From: Auanema rhodensis
Taxonomy: Eukaryota > Animalia > Nematoda
Assembly: GCA_964057225.1 (NCBI GenBank)
Contig: CAXKVF010000097.1
Location: 1-64,000, forward strand
Direction: 5' to 3'
DNA length: 64,000 nucleotides
Part shown: positions 11,660 to 23,929 of the stretch, one piece after another
Position numbering within the stretch: position 1 is the stretch's first letter
Layout of the letters: every line of letters begins with the position of its first letter
Notes under the pieces: model-generated
The model's input: the letters and a program-made list of their open reading frames with translations, nothing else
What the model was told of the DNA's origin: nothing
The model's database searches: none
Translations under genes and position numbers: made by a program

Positions 11660-13081
11660 TCTTCCTCCTCCCCGCTCTCCTCTCTCGACCTCTGGTCCAA
11701 CCTCTCTCTCCCCTCCGGTAACGGCAGCGCATTCTCTCTGCCGCGCGCCTATCGTGCTAGCCTGACGGCCTCTGTTGAGCTGTCCGGCCAGCGCCGCTCG
11801 TGGGGCTCCGAGCTCTACCAACAGGTAGAGCTCTCACCCACGGCGGATTCGAGTCCTCCTCCCGGCCTTCTCCCCCCTGCCCCGGTCCTCCCCCAAAACA
11901 GTTCCGGAGTCAAATTGTGGCAGTCTGTCGCCCGTGGTGGACTTGTCCCCCTTGACCCCGTCCCTTTTGACTTCCGCGGGGTCGTGCGAGTGCTTGGGTG
12001 CACTATAGCCCGAGTCTCCTCCGTAGGTGACGGGTTCGAGCTCGCTCCCCCCCCCGGCGGCGAGCGCCTCACCCATATCAGCACCCTCGTGGCGCCGATT
12101 TCCGACTCCAACCGGCTGATTGCGGTCCCCCGTATCTGGGCCGGCACCCCGTCTGTGCCTGCCACGGCTTTCTCCGTCCTGTACAGGGCAGCTCAGGTTG
12201 CTGGGTCCGGTGTGGTTACCAACAGCCTGGTGGGTGAGCCCGGACGCGGTGGGGCGGGCGACGTCCAGCTCGTCCTGCCATACCCCCGCGGCGCCGAGCT
12301 CGCCAATGCCTGCGTCCACGCCCTGAACTACCTCGCGGCCCATTACGAAGCCGCCGAGGCCCCCTCCCACTTTCTGGTGGCCCTCTGGATGGGCCTAACC
12401 GACCACGTACGTCCCGGTAATCCGTATGGCGACAGTGGAGGTGTGTGCAGTTTGGCCGGTAGAGGTGCCTCTTACCCCCCCGGCTTCGGTTACCTGTCAC
12501 CGGAAGTCGTGCCCTCGACGGCCCTGCCACTCCTCCCACGGGGCGCCTCTCTAGCCCAGGTTGTCCACTGGGTCGACAGCCTAGTCCTCACGCTAGGGGC
12601 GATTGTCTCATCCGTCCCCCCATCAACGGTTAACAAGGGGCGGCTGTACGACGCCGTGTGTGTAGCCCCCGGCGCTAGCCAGTTGGATGACGACGAGGCA
12701 GGGCTCAATGACGCAGCCCGGTGGGATGTCCGTCTGGCCGCCAGCGGGCCCATCGACGCCCTCTGCGGCAGGGTGGTACGCTCTTGGTGCCGGTGCCTTG
12801 GGTTCAAGGCCGAGAGCTCCGGCGCCACCCACCTCGGCTCGGCGGTCCACCACCTATTGGCCGCCGAGGACCTGCTCCCGGCCGGGCCCGAAAACGAGGT
12901 CTGGTTCCCCTGGTTGGAAAACGAGCCGACGGGCCTGGTCGACCCCGACTGGTGCTCCCCAGAAGTTTCTGCCCCCCTCGGCGGACCCGTGTGCCCGCCT
13001 CAGTGTCGGAGCTCAGCCGCCAGCACCCCCCCCCCCGTTAAGCCTAAGCTCGATATGCCTAAGCCTGAGTATGATAGTTAA
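11660..13081 (+). mobile_element. Endogenous viral element: toti/victorivirus-like dsRNA-virus capsid gene (N-terminal ~460 aa), copy 1, uninterrupted frame without ATG
   Basis: Abrupt GC-rich island with a stop-free frame of 473 codons. Recognisable victorivirus-type coat blocks: RAYRASLTASV...LYQQV; FSVLYRAAQVAGSGVVTN; GAELANACVHALNYLAAHYEAAEAPSHFLVALWMGL; DSGG...YPPGFG; LPLLP...WVDSLVLTLGAIVSSVPP...GRLYDAV. Confidence 0.8.
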
Positions 13082-13508
13082 GCCTAAGCTCGATATGCCT
13101 AAGCCTGAGTATGATAGTTAAGCCTAAGCCTAAGCCTAAGCCTAAGCCTAAGCCTAAGCCTAAGCCTAAGCCTGAAAAACTCGCAGATATCATCAACCAA
13201 CTGGATGAGAATGAGTTCAATAATTTTCAGGAAATTATTAATACCAGAAGGTTTAACAATGCTATAGGTTTGAAATCAAAAAACATTTTATGCTTAATAA
13301 AACTTTTTTTAGGACTTGAAACAGTCTCCCAGTTCCGAGGCATAAATTTAGAAGTTATCAATGACTTGGTAGCAGATACTAATGAAGAAGGTAAAATATT
13401 TTCAATTATAATAAACTTGTCATTTTTTAAGCTTTTGAGACAGATTTAATTGATACAATTGAAGAACTTTCCGGTATAAAAGCGGAAAAAAAGGATGAGA
13501 CATATTGA
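13037..13508 (+). pseudogene. 40-bp telomere-like duplication plus (AAGCCT)9 tract running in frame (KP repeats) into a spliced 3' gene fragment, copy 1
   Basis: KPKP..PEKLADIINQLDENEFNNFQEIINTRRFNNAI|GLETVSQFRGINLEVINDLVADTNEE|DLIDTIEELSGIKAEKKDETY* through two GT-AG introns. The stop codon coincides with the unit junction. Confidence 0.6.
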
Positions 13509-14124
13509 TAAATATTGGAGAAATTCTTCCATAATTTCCATGATTCTTGTTTCATCATATACTATATTCAGTTTTCTCGAAAAAGATAAAAAGAAAATTC
13601 TACCTATATAAAAAGGTAAATGATTTGTTTTCTAATTTACTTTGACTATATATACACATGTTTATATGTGAGATTTGTTCTAACTAGTTCATGTATACAA
13701 ACCCAATCTTTTTTCAAAGATGTCCTTTTTACATTTTTTCAACAAAGAAAAATGATTAGCTGTTTTTCATCAATATCAATTTTAAATTCATAGTTATTGC
13801 TTTACAAAAAATTATATTTAGGTTTTTCTAAATAAAGGTGAAAATCAATTTCTTCGATCAACTTATTTTTGAAAACCTTTTGCTTCTGGCATAGTATTCA
13901 AAAAATACTGACATCATTGTCAGCCGATAGCAAAATGTTAACTTACTAGCATCATAAATGCAATAAACTATCCAATCTTTTACCGCTTTGCCACCCTGGG
14001 CTATAAGAATTTGATAGTCAGAGTATATATAAATAGACATAATTCTTTTTTTCTTGTATTTTTTTTAGTCTGACATTAATTACTTTGTTATTTGGATATT
14101 TTCCAGATTTAAATATCCGTAATC

Positions 14125-15115
14125 ATGTCAATGATTAGTACCAACATTGAAAAGAAAACTGCTACTACGTATAAACATACTCTACTTTCCGCGGAACAAA
14201 TAAATACAGAACTTGATTCATTTGAGTTTCAGAATGAAAATTTGGATATTCTTCCAAATGGTCAGGTTTTTAAAAAATAATTTTTTTATGTTATCAAATT
14301 GTTTTCAGATTTACAAATTGTTGATATAATCGAGTTTCAAGGATTGCGATGTTCAACACCTTTGAGCGAAAGAAAGTTACCAAGTGTCGATAAGTTCATC
14401 TTAAAAGGTACAAACGTGTAATGAATAACAAATTTTTTTATCAAATTTTCAGAAGAACCATTAGACGTTTCTGATATTCCATGTAAAAAAATTGGAAAAG
14501 GTTTGATCAATGTAAAAGTGTCTGTCAATTTATATTTTTCAGTTGTAGCTGTTTCTCATAAGCCTCATGAAGTTCAAAATGGCTGTTCCATTGAGGAAAT
14601 AAAAAAAAAAAGAAGAAGTTCAGGAGATGTTATTACTGAGTGCAAATGTGAAATTGCACATCTTAAAAATAGGGCTATTTCGAAAATTGCTAGTAAGAAT
14701 TTTAAACATATTCAAATCTCAATAAAATGTCTATTTTTAGAAAATTTTCAACTGATTGACGAAAGGCAAATCATTCCTGAATACTGCGCAATTGGTTGCA
14801 AAATTTTGGTGTATCATAAAATAACACGCTCCTGGCGCCTAGCCATTATTGAAGATATTTCGGATGTCTATAGTAGCATAAAATATTCGCTGATGACAGT
14901 GAGTTTTGTTTTGTTTCCCAAATTTTGAGTATTGTTATTTTCAGATCGATGACGTGCAAGATAAAATGATTGCAAAAAAATATCATTTTTTGTTCGCGAA
15001 AACAAGACTTGTGGGAAAAGAAAAAAATTGGCCAAAGCACATGTATAGATTAGTATGCGATGATATTTCCGAGCCACATCTCTACTTGATTCAATCATTA
15101 AAAGATCTTGCTTGA
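14125..15115 (+). CDS. Family B gene, copy 2 (frame intact)
   Basis: Same as copy 1, with an A11 run that keeps the frame. Confidence 0.65.
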
Positions 15116-15764
15116 ATATATGTAACCTTTTTCATATATTCTCATTTTTAAATTTTACTCGTTTTTACATTTTTCATGCCATCCATCAATCCTCATTTTG
15201 TGATAAAAAATAAAAAGTTTTACGATCGATTTGAGTATTTTTCTACATATCAGAGCATATTGAAATTGTGTTCAATCATTAAAACAAGTTTAGTTCAGTC
15301 TTATGAAACGTTTTATATTTTATAAAAAAAACATATTTTAACAATTGAATTGTTGTTCATTGATACCTGTTAAAATGCTCAACCTTTTGCCTGTTTTGTT
15401 TTGTTACAACTAACAAATTTATTAAAAAAAATACCACAACCCAATCAATCTTAGAAGTTCAATAAAATATAAAAAAATATAAAAATATTTTAAACATATT
15501 TTGAACCAATTCTATATGTAAAAAGCAGTTGTCTATTTGTTAAAATATTCTAAATTAGTGAAAGAACTTCTTCCATTCACAAGAAACTTAAATTGGTGTG
15601 AGAGTTTGTTTCATAATTTTTTTTGCGGAAATCAAGATATAGGTTTTTTTAAATATCAATTTACAATTCATTTCCTATGCGTCTATTTTCAGATGAACTA
15701 TTTTGAATATTTTATTCAATTATATTAGCTTAATTAATTTACAAATTATACAATCCTTTTACAG

Positions 15765-16018
15765 CTACCTCATTGGAAAATGGAACAAGGTAAAAATTGG
15801 CCCCGCTGGGGCATCAGGACTAGGACTTTTTGCTGCAAGTGATATAGAGGTCAGGGGGTTAAGAAGCTCAATAAATATTACATATTCAGGCTGGAAGTTA
15901 CATATGCGGATACGAGGTGTTGCCAACAAAAAAAAAAGAAGGGTGTTATATAGTTAATAAAGGAGGAACCTGGGATGCTGAGAAGTTCAAGAAGCTTTAC
16001 GAAAAAGTATATTTATGA
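15765..16018 (+). pseudogene. SET-domain fragment, copy 2
   Basis: Same sequence as 11317-11570. Confidence 0.7.
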
Positions 16019-16083
16019 CTATTATATATATGACTATTATATAGACGACTATTATATATACGACTATTATACTATCCCCCTGA

Positions 16084-17507
16084 TCTTCCTCCTCCCCGCT
16101 CTCCTCTCTCGACCTCTGGTCCAACCTCTCTCTCCCCTCCGGTAACGGCAGCGCATTCTCTCTGCCGCGCGCCTATCGTGCTAGCCTGACGGCCTCTGTT
16201 GAGCTGTCCGGCCAGCGCCGCTCGTGGGGCTCCGAGCTCTACCAACAGGTAGAGCTCTCACCCACGGCGGATTCGAGTCCTCCTCCCGGCCTTCTCCCCC
16301 CTGCCCCGGTCCTCCCCCAAAACAGTTCCGGAGTCAAATTGTGGCAGTCTGTCGCCCGTGGTGGACTTGTCCCCCTTGACCCCGTCCCTTTTGACTTCCG
16401 CGGGGTCGTGCGAGTGCTTGGGTGCACTATAGCCCGAGTCTCCTCCGTAGGTGACGGGTTCGAGCTCGCTCCCCCCCCCCCGGCGGCGAGCGCCTCACCC
16501 ATATCAGCACCCTCGTGGCGCCGATTTCCGACTCCAACCGGCTGATTGCGGTCCCCCGTATCTGGGCCGGCACCCCGTCTGTGCCTGCCACGGCTTTCTC
16601 CGTCCTGTACAGGGCAGCTCAGGTTGCTGGGTCCGGTGTGGTTACCAACAGCCTGGTGGGTGAGCCCGGACGCGGTGGGGCGGGCGACGTCCAGCTCGTC
16701 CTGCCATACCCCCGCGGCGCCGAGCTCGCCAATGCCTGCGTCCACGCCCTGAACTACCTCGCGGCCCATTACGAAGCCGCCGAGGCCCCCTCCCACTTTC
16801 TGGTGGCCCTCTGGATGGGCCTAACCGACCACGTACGTCCCGGTAATCCGTATGGCGACAGTGGAGGTGTGTGCAGTTTGGCCGGTAGAGGTGCCTCTTA
16901 CCCCCCCGGCTTCGGTTACCTGTCACCGGAAGTCGTGCCCTCGACGGCCCTGCCACTCCTCCCACGGGGCGCCTCTCTAGCCCAGGTTGTCCACTGGGTC
17001 GACAGCCTAGTCCTCACGCTAGGGGCGATTGTCTCATCCGTCCCCCCATCAACGGTTAACAAGGGGCGGCTGTACGACGCCGTGTGTGTAGCCCCCGGCG
17101 CTAGCCAGTTGGATGACGACGAGGCAGGGCTCAATGACGCAGCCCGGTGGGATGTCCGTCTGGCCGCCAGCGGGCCCATCGACGCCCTCTGCGGCAGGGT
17201 GGTACGCTCTTGGTGCCGGTGCCTTGGGTTCAAGGCCGAGAGCTCCGGCGCCACCCACCTCGGCTCGGCGGTCCACCACCTATTGGCCGCCGAGGACCTG
17301 CTCCCGGCCGGGCCCGAAAACGAGGTCTGGTTCCCCTGGTTGGAAAACGAGCCGACGGGCCTGGTCGACCCCGACTGGTGCTCCCCAGAAGTTTCTGCCC
17401 CCCTCGGCGGACCCGTGTGCCCGCCTCAGTGTCGGAGCTCAGCCGCCAGCACCCCCCCCCCCGTTAAGCCTAAGCTCGATATGCCTAAGCCTGAGTATGA
17501 TAGTTAA
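16084..17507 (+). mobile_element. Toti/victorivirus-like capsid EVE, copy 2 (frameshift at C11 run)
   Basis: Same as copy 1 except the poly-C run near 16471 is 11 instead of 9. Confidence 0.8.
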
Positions 17508-17916
17508 GCCTAAGCTCGATATGCCTAAGCCTGAGTATGATAGTTAAGCCTAAGCCTAAGCCTAAGCCTAAGCCTAAGCCTGAAAAACTCGCAGATATCA
17601 TCAACCAACTGGATGAGAATGAGTTCAATAATTTTCAGGAAATTATTAATACCAGAAGGTTTAACAATGCTATAGGTTTGAAATCAAAAAACATTTTATG
17701 CTTAATAAAACTTTTTTTAGGACTTGAAACAGTCTCCCAGTTCCGAGGCATAAATTTAGAAGTTATCAATGACTTGGTAGCAGATACTAATGAAGAAGGT
17801 AAAATATTTTCAATTATAATAAACTTGTCATTTTTTAAGCTTTTGAGACAGATTTAATTGATACAATTGAAGAACTTTCCGGTATAAAAGCGGAAAAAAA
17901 GGATGAGACATATTGA
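17463..17916 (+). pseudogene. Telomeric tract (AAGCCT)6 plus KP-repeat gene fragment, copy 2
   Basis: As 13037-13508, with three fewer telomeric units. Confidence 0.6.
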
Positions 17917-18532
17917 TAAATATTGGAGAAATTCTTCCATAATTTCCATGATTCTTGTTTCATCATATACTATATTCAGTTTTCTCGAAAAAGATAAAAA
18001 GAAAATTCTACCTATATAAAAAGGTAAATGATTTGTTTTCTAATTTACTTTGACTATATATACACATGTTTATATGTGAGATTTGTTCTAACTAGTTCAT
18101 GTATACAAACCCAATCTTTTTTCAAAGATGTCCTTTTTACATTTTTTCAACAAAGAAAAATGATTAGCTGTTTTTCATCAATATCAATTTTAAATTCATA
18201 GTTATTGCTTTACAAAAAATTATATTTAGGTTTTTCTAAATAAAGGTGAAAATCAATTTCTTCGATCAACTTATTTTTGAAAACCTTTTGCTTCTGGCAT
18301 AGTATTCAAAAAATACTGACATCATTGTCAGCCGATAGCAAAATGTTAACTTACTAGCATCATAAATGCAATAAACTATCCAATCTTTTACCGCTTTGCC
18401 ACCCTGGGCTATAAGAATTTGATAGTCAGAGTATATATAAATAGACATAATTCTTTTTTTCTTGTATTTTTTTTAGTCTGACATTAATTACTTCGTTATT
18501 TGGATATTTTCCAGATTTAAATATCCGTAATC

Positions 18533-19523
18533 ATGTCAATGATTAGTACCAACATTGAAAAGAAAACTGCTACTACGTATAAACATACTCTACTTTCCGC
18601 GGAACAAATAAATACAGAACTTGATTCATTTGAGTTTCAGAATGAAAATTTGGATATTCTTCCAAATGGTCAGGTTTTTAAAAAATAATTTTTTTATGTT
18701 ATCAAATTGTTTTCAGATTTACAAATTGTTGATATAATCGAGTTTCAAGGATTGCGATGTTCAACACCTTTGAGCGAAAGAAAGTTACCAAGTGTCGATA
18801 AGTTCATCTTAAAAGGTACAAACGTGTAATGAATAACAAATTTTTTTATCAAATTTTCAGAAGAACCATTAGACGTTTCTGATATTCCATGTAAAAAAAT
18901 TGGAAAAGGTTTGATCAATGTAAAAGTGTCTGTCAATTTATATTTTTCAGTTGTAGCTGTTTCTCATAAGCCTCATGAAGTTCAAAATGGCTGTTCCATT
19001 GAGGAAATAAAAAAAAAAAGAAGAAGTTCAGGAGATGTTATTACTGAGTGCAAATGTGAAATTGCACATCTTAAAAATAGGGCTATTTCGAAAATTGCTA
19101 GTAAGAATTTTAAACATATTCAAATCTCAATAAAATGTCTATTTTTAGAAAATTTTCAACTGATTGACGAAAGGCAAATCATTCCTGAATACTGCGCAAT
19201 TGGTTGCAAAATTTTGGTGTATCATAAAATAACACGCTCCTGGCGCCTAGCCATTATTGAAGATATTTCGGATGTCTATAGTAGCATAAAATATTCGCTG
19301 ATGACAGTGAGTTTTGTTTTGTTTCCCAAATTTTGAGTATTGTTATTTTCAGATCGATGACGTGCAAGATAAAATGATTGCAAAAAAATATCATTTTTTG
19401 TTCGCGAAAACAAGACTTGTGGGAAAAGAAAAAAATTGGCCAAAGCACATGTATAGATTAGTATGCGATGATATTTCCGAGCCACATCTCTACTTGATTC
19501 AATCATTAAAAGATCTTGCTTGA
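18533..19523 (+). CDS. Family B gene, copy 3 (frame intact)
   Basis: Same as copy 2. Confidence 0.65.
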
Positions 19524-20172
19524 ATATATGTAACCTTTTTCATATATTCTCATTTTTAAATTTTACTCGTTTTTACATTTTTCATGCCATCCATCAATCC
19601 TCATTTTGTGATAAAAAATAAAAAGTTTTACGATCGATTTGAGTATTTTTCTACATATCAGAGCATATTGAAATTGTGTTCAATCATTAAAACAAGTTTA
19701 GTTCAGTCTTATGAAACGTTTTATATTTTATAAAAAAAACATATTTTAACAATTGAATTGTTGTTCATTGATACCTGTTAAAATGCTCAACCTTTTGCCT
19801 GTTTTGTTTTGTTACAACTAACAAATTTATTAAAAAAAATACCACAACCCAATCAATCTTAGAAGTTCAATAAAATATAAAAAAATATAAAAATATTTTA
19901 AACATATTTTGAACCAATTCTATATGTAAAAAGCAGTTGTCTATTTGTTAAAATATTCTAAATTAGTGAAAGAACTTCTTCCATTCACAAGAAACTTAAA
20001 TTGGTGTGAGAGTTTGTTTCATAATTTTTTTTGCGGAAATCAAGATATAGGTTTTTTTAAATATCAATTTACAATTCATTTCCTATGCGTCTATTTTCAG
20101 ATGAACTATTTTGAATATTTTATTCAATTATATTAGCTTAATTAATTTACAAATTATACAATCCTTTTACAG

Positions 20173-20426
20173 CTACCTCATTGGAAAATGGAACAAGGTA
20201 AAAATTGGCCCCGCTGGGGCATCAGGACTAGGACTTTTTGCTGCAAGTGATATAGAGGTCAGGGGGTTAAGAAGCTCAATAAATATTACATATTCAGGCT
20301 GGAAGTTACATATGCGGATACGAGGTGTTGCCAACAAAAAAAAAAGAAGGGTGTTATATAGTTAATAAAGGAGGAACCTGGGATGCTGAGAAGTTCAAGA
20401 AGCTTTACGAAAAAGTATATTTATGA
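20173..20426 (+). pseudogene. SET-domain fragment, copy 3
   Basis: Same sequence as 11317-11570. Confidence 0.7.
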
Positions 20427-20491
20427 CTATTATATATATGACTATTATATAGACGACTATTATATATACGACTATTATACTATCCCCCTGA

Positions 20492-21914
20492 TCTTCCTCC
20501 TCCCCGCTCTCCTCTCTCGACCTCTGGTCCAACCTCTCTCTCCCCTCCGGTAACGGCAGCGCATTCTCTCTGCCGCGCGCCTATCGTGCTAGCCTGACGG
20601 CCTCTGTTGAGCTGTCCGGCCAGCGCCGCTCGTGGGGCTCCGAGCTCTACCAACAGGTAGAGCTCTCACCCACGGCGGATTCGAGTCCTCCTCCCGGCCT
20701 TCTCCCCCCTGCCCCGGTCCTCCCCCAAAACAGTTCCGGAGTCAAATTGTGGCAGTCTGTCGCCCGTGGTGGACTTGTCCCCCTTGACCCCGTCCCTTTT
20801 GACTTCCGCGGGGTCGTGCGAGTGCTTGGGTGCACTATAGCCCGAGTCTCCTCCGTAGGTGACGGGTTCGAGCTCGCTCCCCCCCCCCGGCGGCGAGCGC
20901 CTCACCCATATCAGCACCCTCGTGGCGCCGATTTCCGACTCCAACCGGCTGATTGCGGTCCCCCGTATCTGGGCCGGCACCCCGTCTGTGCCTGCCACGG
21001 CTTTCTCCGTCCTGTACAGGGCAGCTCAGGTTGCTGGGTCCGGTGTGGTTACCAACAGCCTGGTGGGTGAGCCCGGACGCGGTGGGGCGGGCGACGTCCA
21101 GCTCGTCCTGCCATACCCCCGCGGCGCCGAGCTCGCCAATGCCTGCGTCCACGCCCTGAACTACCTCGCGGCCCATTACGAAGCCGCCGAGGCCCCCTCC
21201 CACTTTCTGGTGGCCCTCTGGATGGGCCTAACCGACCACGTACGTCCCGGTAATCCGTATGGCGACAGTGGAGGTGTGTGCAGTTTGGCCGGTAGAGGTG
21301 CCTCTTACCCCCCCGGCTTCGGTTACCTGTCACCGGAAGTCGTGCCCTCGACGGCCCTGCCACTCCTCCCACGGGGCGCCTCTCTAGCCCAGGTTGTCCA
21401 CTGGGTCGACAGCCTAGTCCTCACGCTAGGGGCGATTGTCTCATCCGTCCCCCCATCAACGGTTAACAAGGGGCGGCTGTACGACGCCGTGTGTGTAGCC
21501 CCCGGCGCTAGCCAGTTGGATGACGACGAGGCAGGGCTCAATGACGCAGCCCGGTGGGATGTCCGTCTGGCCGCCAGCGGGCCCATCGACGCCCTCTGCG
21601 GCAGGGTGGTACGCTCTTGGTGCCGGTGCCTTGGGTTCAAGGCCGAGAGCTCCGGCGCCACCCACCTCGGCTCGGCGGTCCACCACCTATTGGCCGCCGA
21701 GGACCTGCTCCCGGCCGGGCCCGAAAACGAGGTCTGGTTCCCCTGGTTGGAAAACGAGCCGACGGGCCTGGTCGACCCCGACTGGTGCTCCCCAGAAGTT
21801 TCTGCCCCCCTCGGCGGACCCGTGTGCCCGCCTCAGTGTCGGAGCTCAGCCGCCAGCACCCCCCCCCCCGTTAAGCCTAAGCTCGATATGCCTAAGCCTG
21901 AGTATGATAGTTAA
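20492..21914 (+). mobile_element. Toti/victorivirus-like capsid EVE, copy 3 (frameshift at C10 run)
   Basis: Same as copy 1 except the poly-C run near 20879 is 10. Confidence 0.8.
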
Positions 21915-22323
21915 GCCTAAGCTCGATATGCCTAAGCCTGAGTATGATAGTTAAGCCTAAGCCTAAGCCTAAGCCTAAGCCTAAGCCTGAAAAACTCGCA
22001 GATATCATCAACCAACTGGATGAGAATGAGTTCAATAATTTTCAGGAAATTATTAATACCAGAAGGTTTAACAATGCTATAGGTTTGAAATCAAAAAACA
22101 TTTTATGCTTAATAAAACTTTTTTTAGGACTTGAAACAGTCTCCCAGTTCCGAGGCATAAATTTAGAAGTTATCAATGACTTGGTAGCAGATACTAATGA
22201 AGAAGGTAAAATATTTTCAATTATAATAAACTTGTCATTTTTTAAGCTTTTGAGACAGATTTAATTGATACAATTGAAGAACTTTCCGGTATAAAAGCGG
22301 AAAAAAAGGATGAGACATATTGA
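21870..22323 (+). pseudogene. Telomeric tract (AAGCCT)6 plus KP-repeat gene fragment, copy 3
   Basis: As copy 2. Confidence 0.6.
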
Positions 22324-22939
22324 TAAATATTGGAGAAATTCTTCCATAATTTCCATGATTCTTGTTTCATCATATACTATATTCAGTTTTCTCGAAAAAG
22401 ATAAAAAGAAAATTCTACCTATATAAAAAGGTAAATGATTTGTTTTCTAATTTACTTTGACTATATATACACATGTTTATATGTGAGATTTGTTCTAACT
22501 AGTTCATGTATACAAACCCAATCTTTTTTCAAAGATGTCCTTTTTACATTTTTTCAACAAATAAAAATGATTAGCTGTTTTTCATCAATATCAATTTTAA
22601 ATTCATAGTTATTGCTTTACAAAAAATTATATTTAGGTTTTTCTAAATAAAGGTGAAAATCAATTTCTTCGATCAACTTATTTTTGAAAACCTTTTGCTT
22701 CTGGCATAGTATTCAAAAAATACTGACATCATTGTCAGCCGATAGCAAAATGTTAACTTACTAGCATCATAAATGCAATAAACTATCCAATCTTTTACCG
22801 CTTTGCCACCCTGGGCTATAAGAATTTGATAGTCAGAGTATATATAAATAGACATAATTCTTTTTTTCTTGTATTTTTTTTAGTCTGACATTAATTACTT
22901 CGTTATTTGGATATTTTCCAGATTTAAATATCCGTAATC

Positions 22940-23929
22940 ATGTCAATGATTAGTACCAACATTGAAAAGAAAACTGCTACTACGTATAAACATACTCTAC
23001 TTTCCGCGGAACAAATAAATACAGAACTTGATTCATTTGAGTTTCAGAATGAAAATTTGGATATTCTTCCAAATGGTCAGGTTTTTAAAAAATAATTTTT
23101 TTATGTTATCAAATTGTTTTCAGATTTACAAATTGTTGATATAATCGAGTTTCAAGGATTGCGATGTTCAACACCTTTGAGCGAAAGAAAGTTACCAAGT
23201 GTCGATAAGTTCATCTTAAAAGGTACAAACGTGTAATGAATAACAAATTTTTTTATCAAATTTTCAGAAGAACCATTAGACGTTTCTGATATTCCATGTA
23301 AAAAAATTGGAAAAGGTTTGATCAATGTAAAAGTGTCTGTCAATTTATATTTTTCAGTTGTAGCTGTTTCTCATAAGCCTCATGAAGTTCAAAATGGCTG
23401 TTCCATTGAGGAAATAAAAAAAAAAGAAGAAGTTCAGGAGATGTTATTACTGAGTGCAAATGTGAAATTGCACATCTTAAAAATAGGGCTATTTCGAAAA
23501 TTGCTAGTAAGAATTTTAAACATATTCAAATCTCAATAAAATGTCTATTTTTAGAAAATTTTCAACTGATTGACGAAAGGCAAATCATTCCTGAATACTG
23601 CGCAATTGGTTGCAAAATTTTGGTGTATCATAAAATAACACGCTCCTGGCGCCTAGCCATTATTGAAGATATTTCGGATGTCTATAGTAGCATAAAATAT
23701 TCGCTGATGACAGTGAGTTTTGTTTTGTTTCCCAAATTTTGAGTATTGTTATTTTCAGATCGATGACGTGCAAGATAAAATGATTGCAAAAAAATATCAT
23801 TTTTTGTTCGCGAAAACAAGACTTGTGGGAAAAGAAAAAAATTGGCCAAAGCACATGTATAGATTAGTATGCGATGATATTTCCGAGCCACATCTCTACT
23901 TGATTCAATCATTAAAAGATCTTGCTTGA
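22940..23929 (+). CDS. Family B gene, copy 4 (frameshift at A10 run)
   Basis: Same as the other copies apart from homopolymer length. Confidence 0.55.

Noticed and set aside
11624-13121. Overlapping alternative-frame and antisense ORFs in the GC-rich island (and its copies)
   Set aside because: These are shadow ORFs caused by high GC. Only the 11660-13081 frame shows capsid motifs.
13118-13173. Internal TTAGGC tracts as true chromosome ends
   Set aside because: They are only 6-9 units long and are flanked by unique sequence on both sides.
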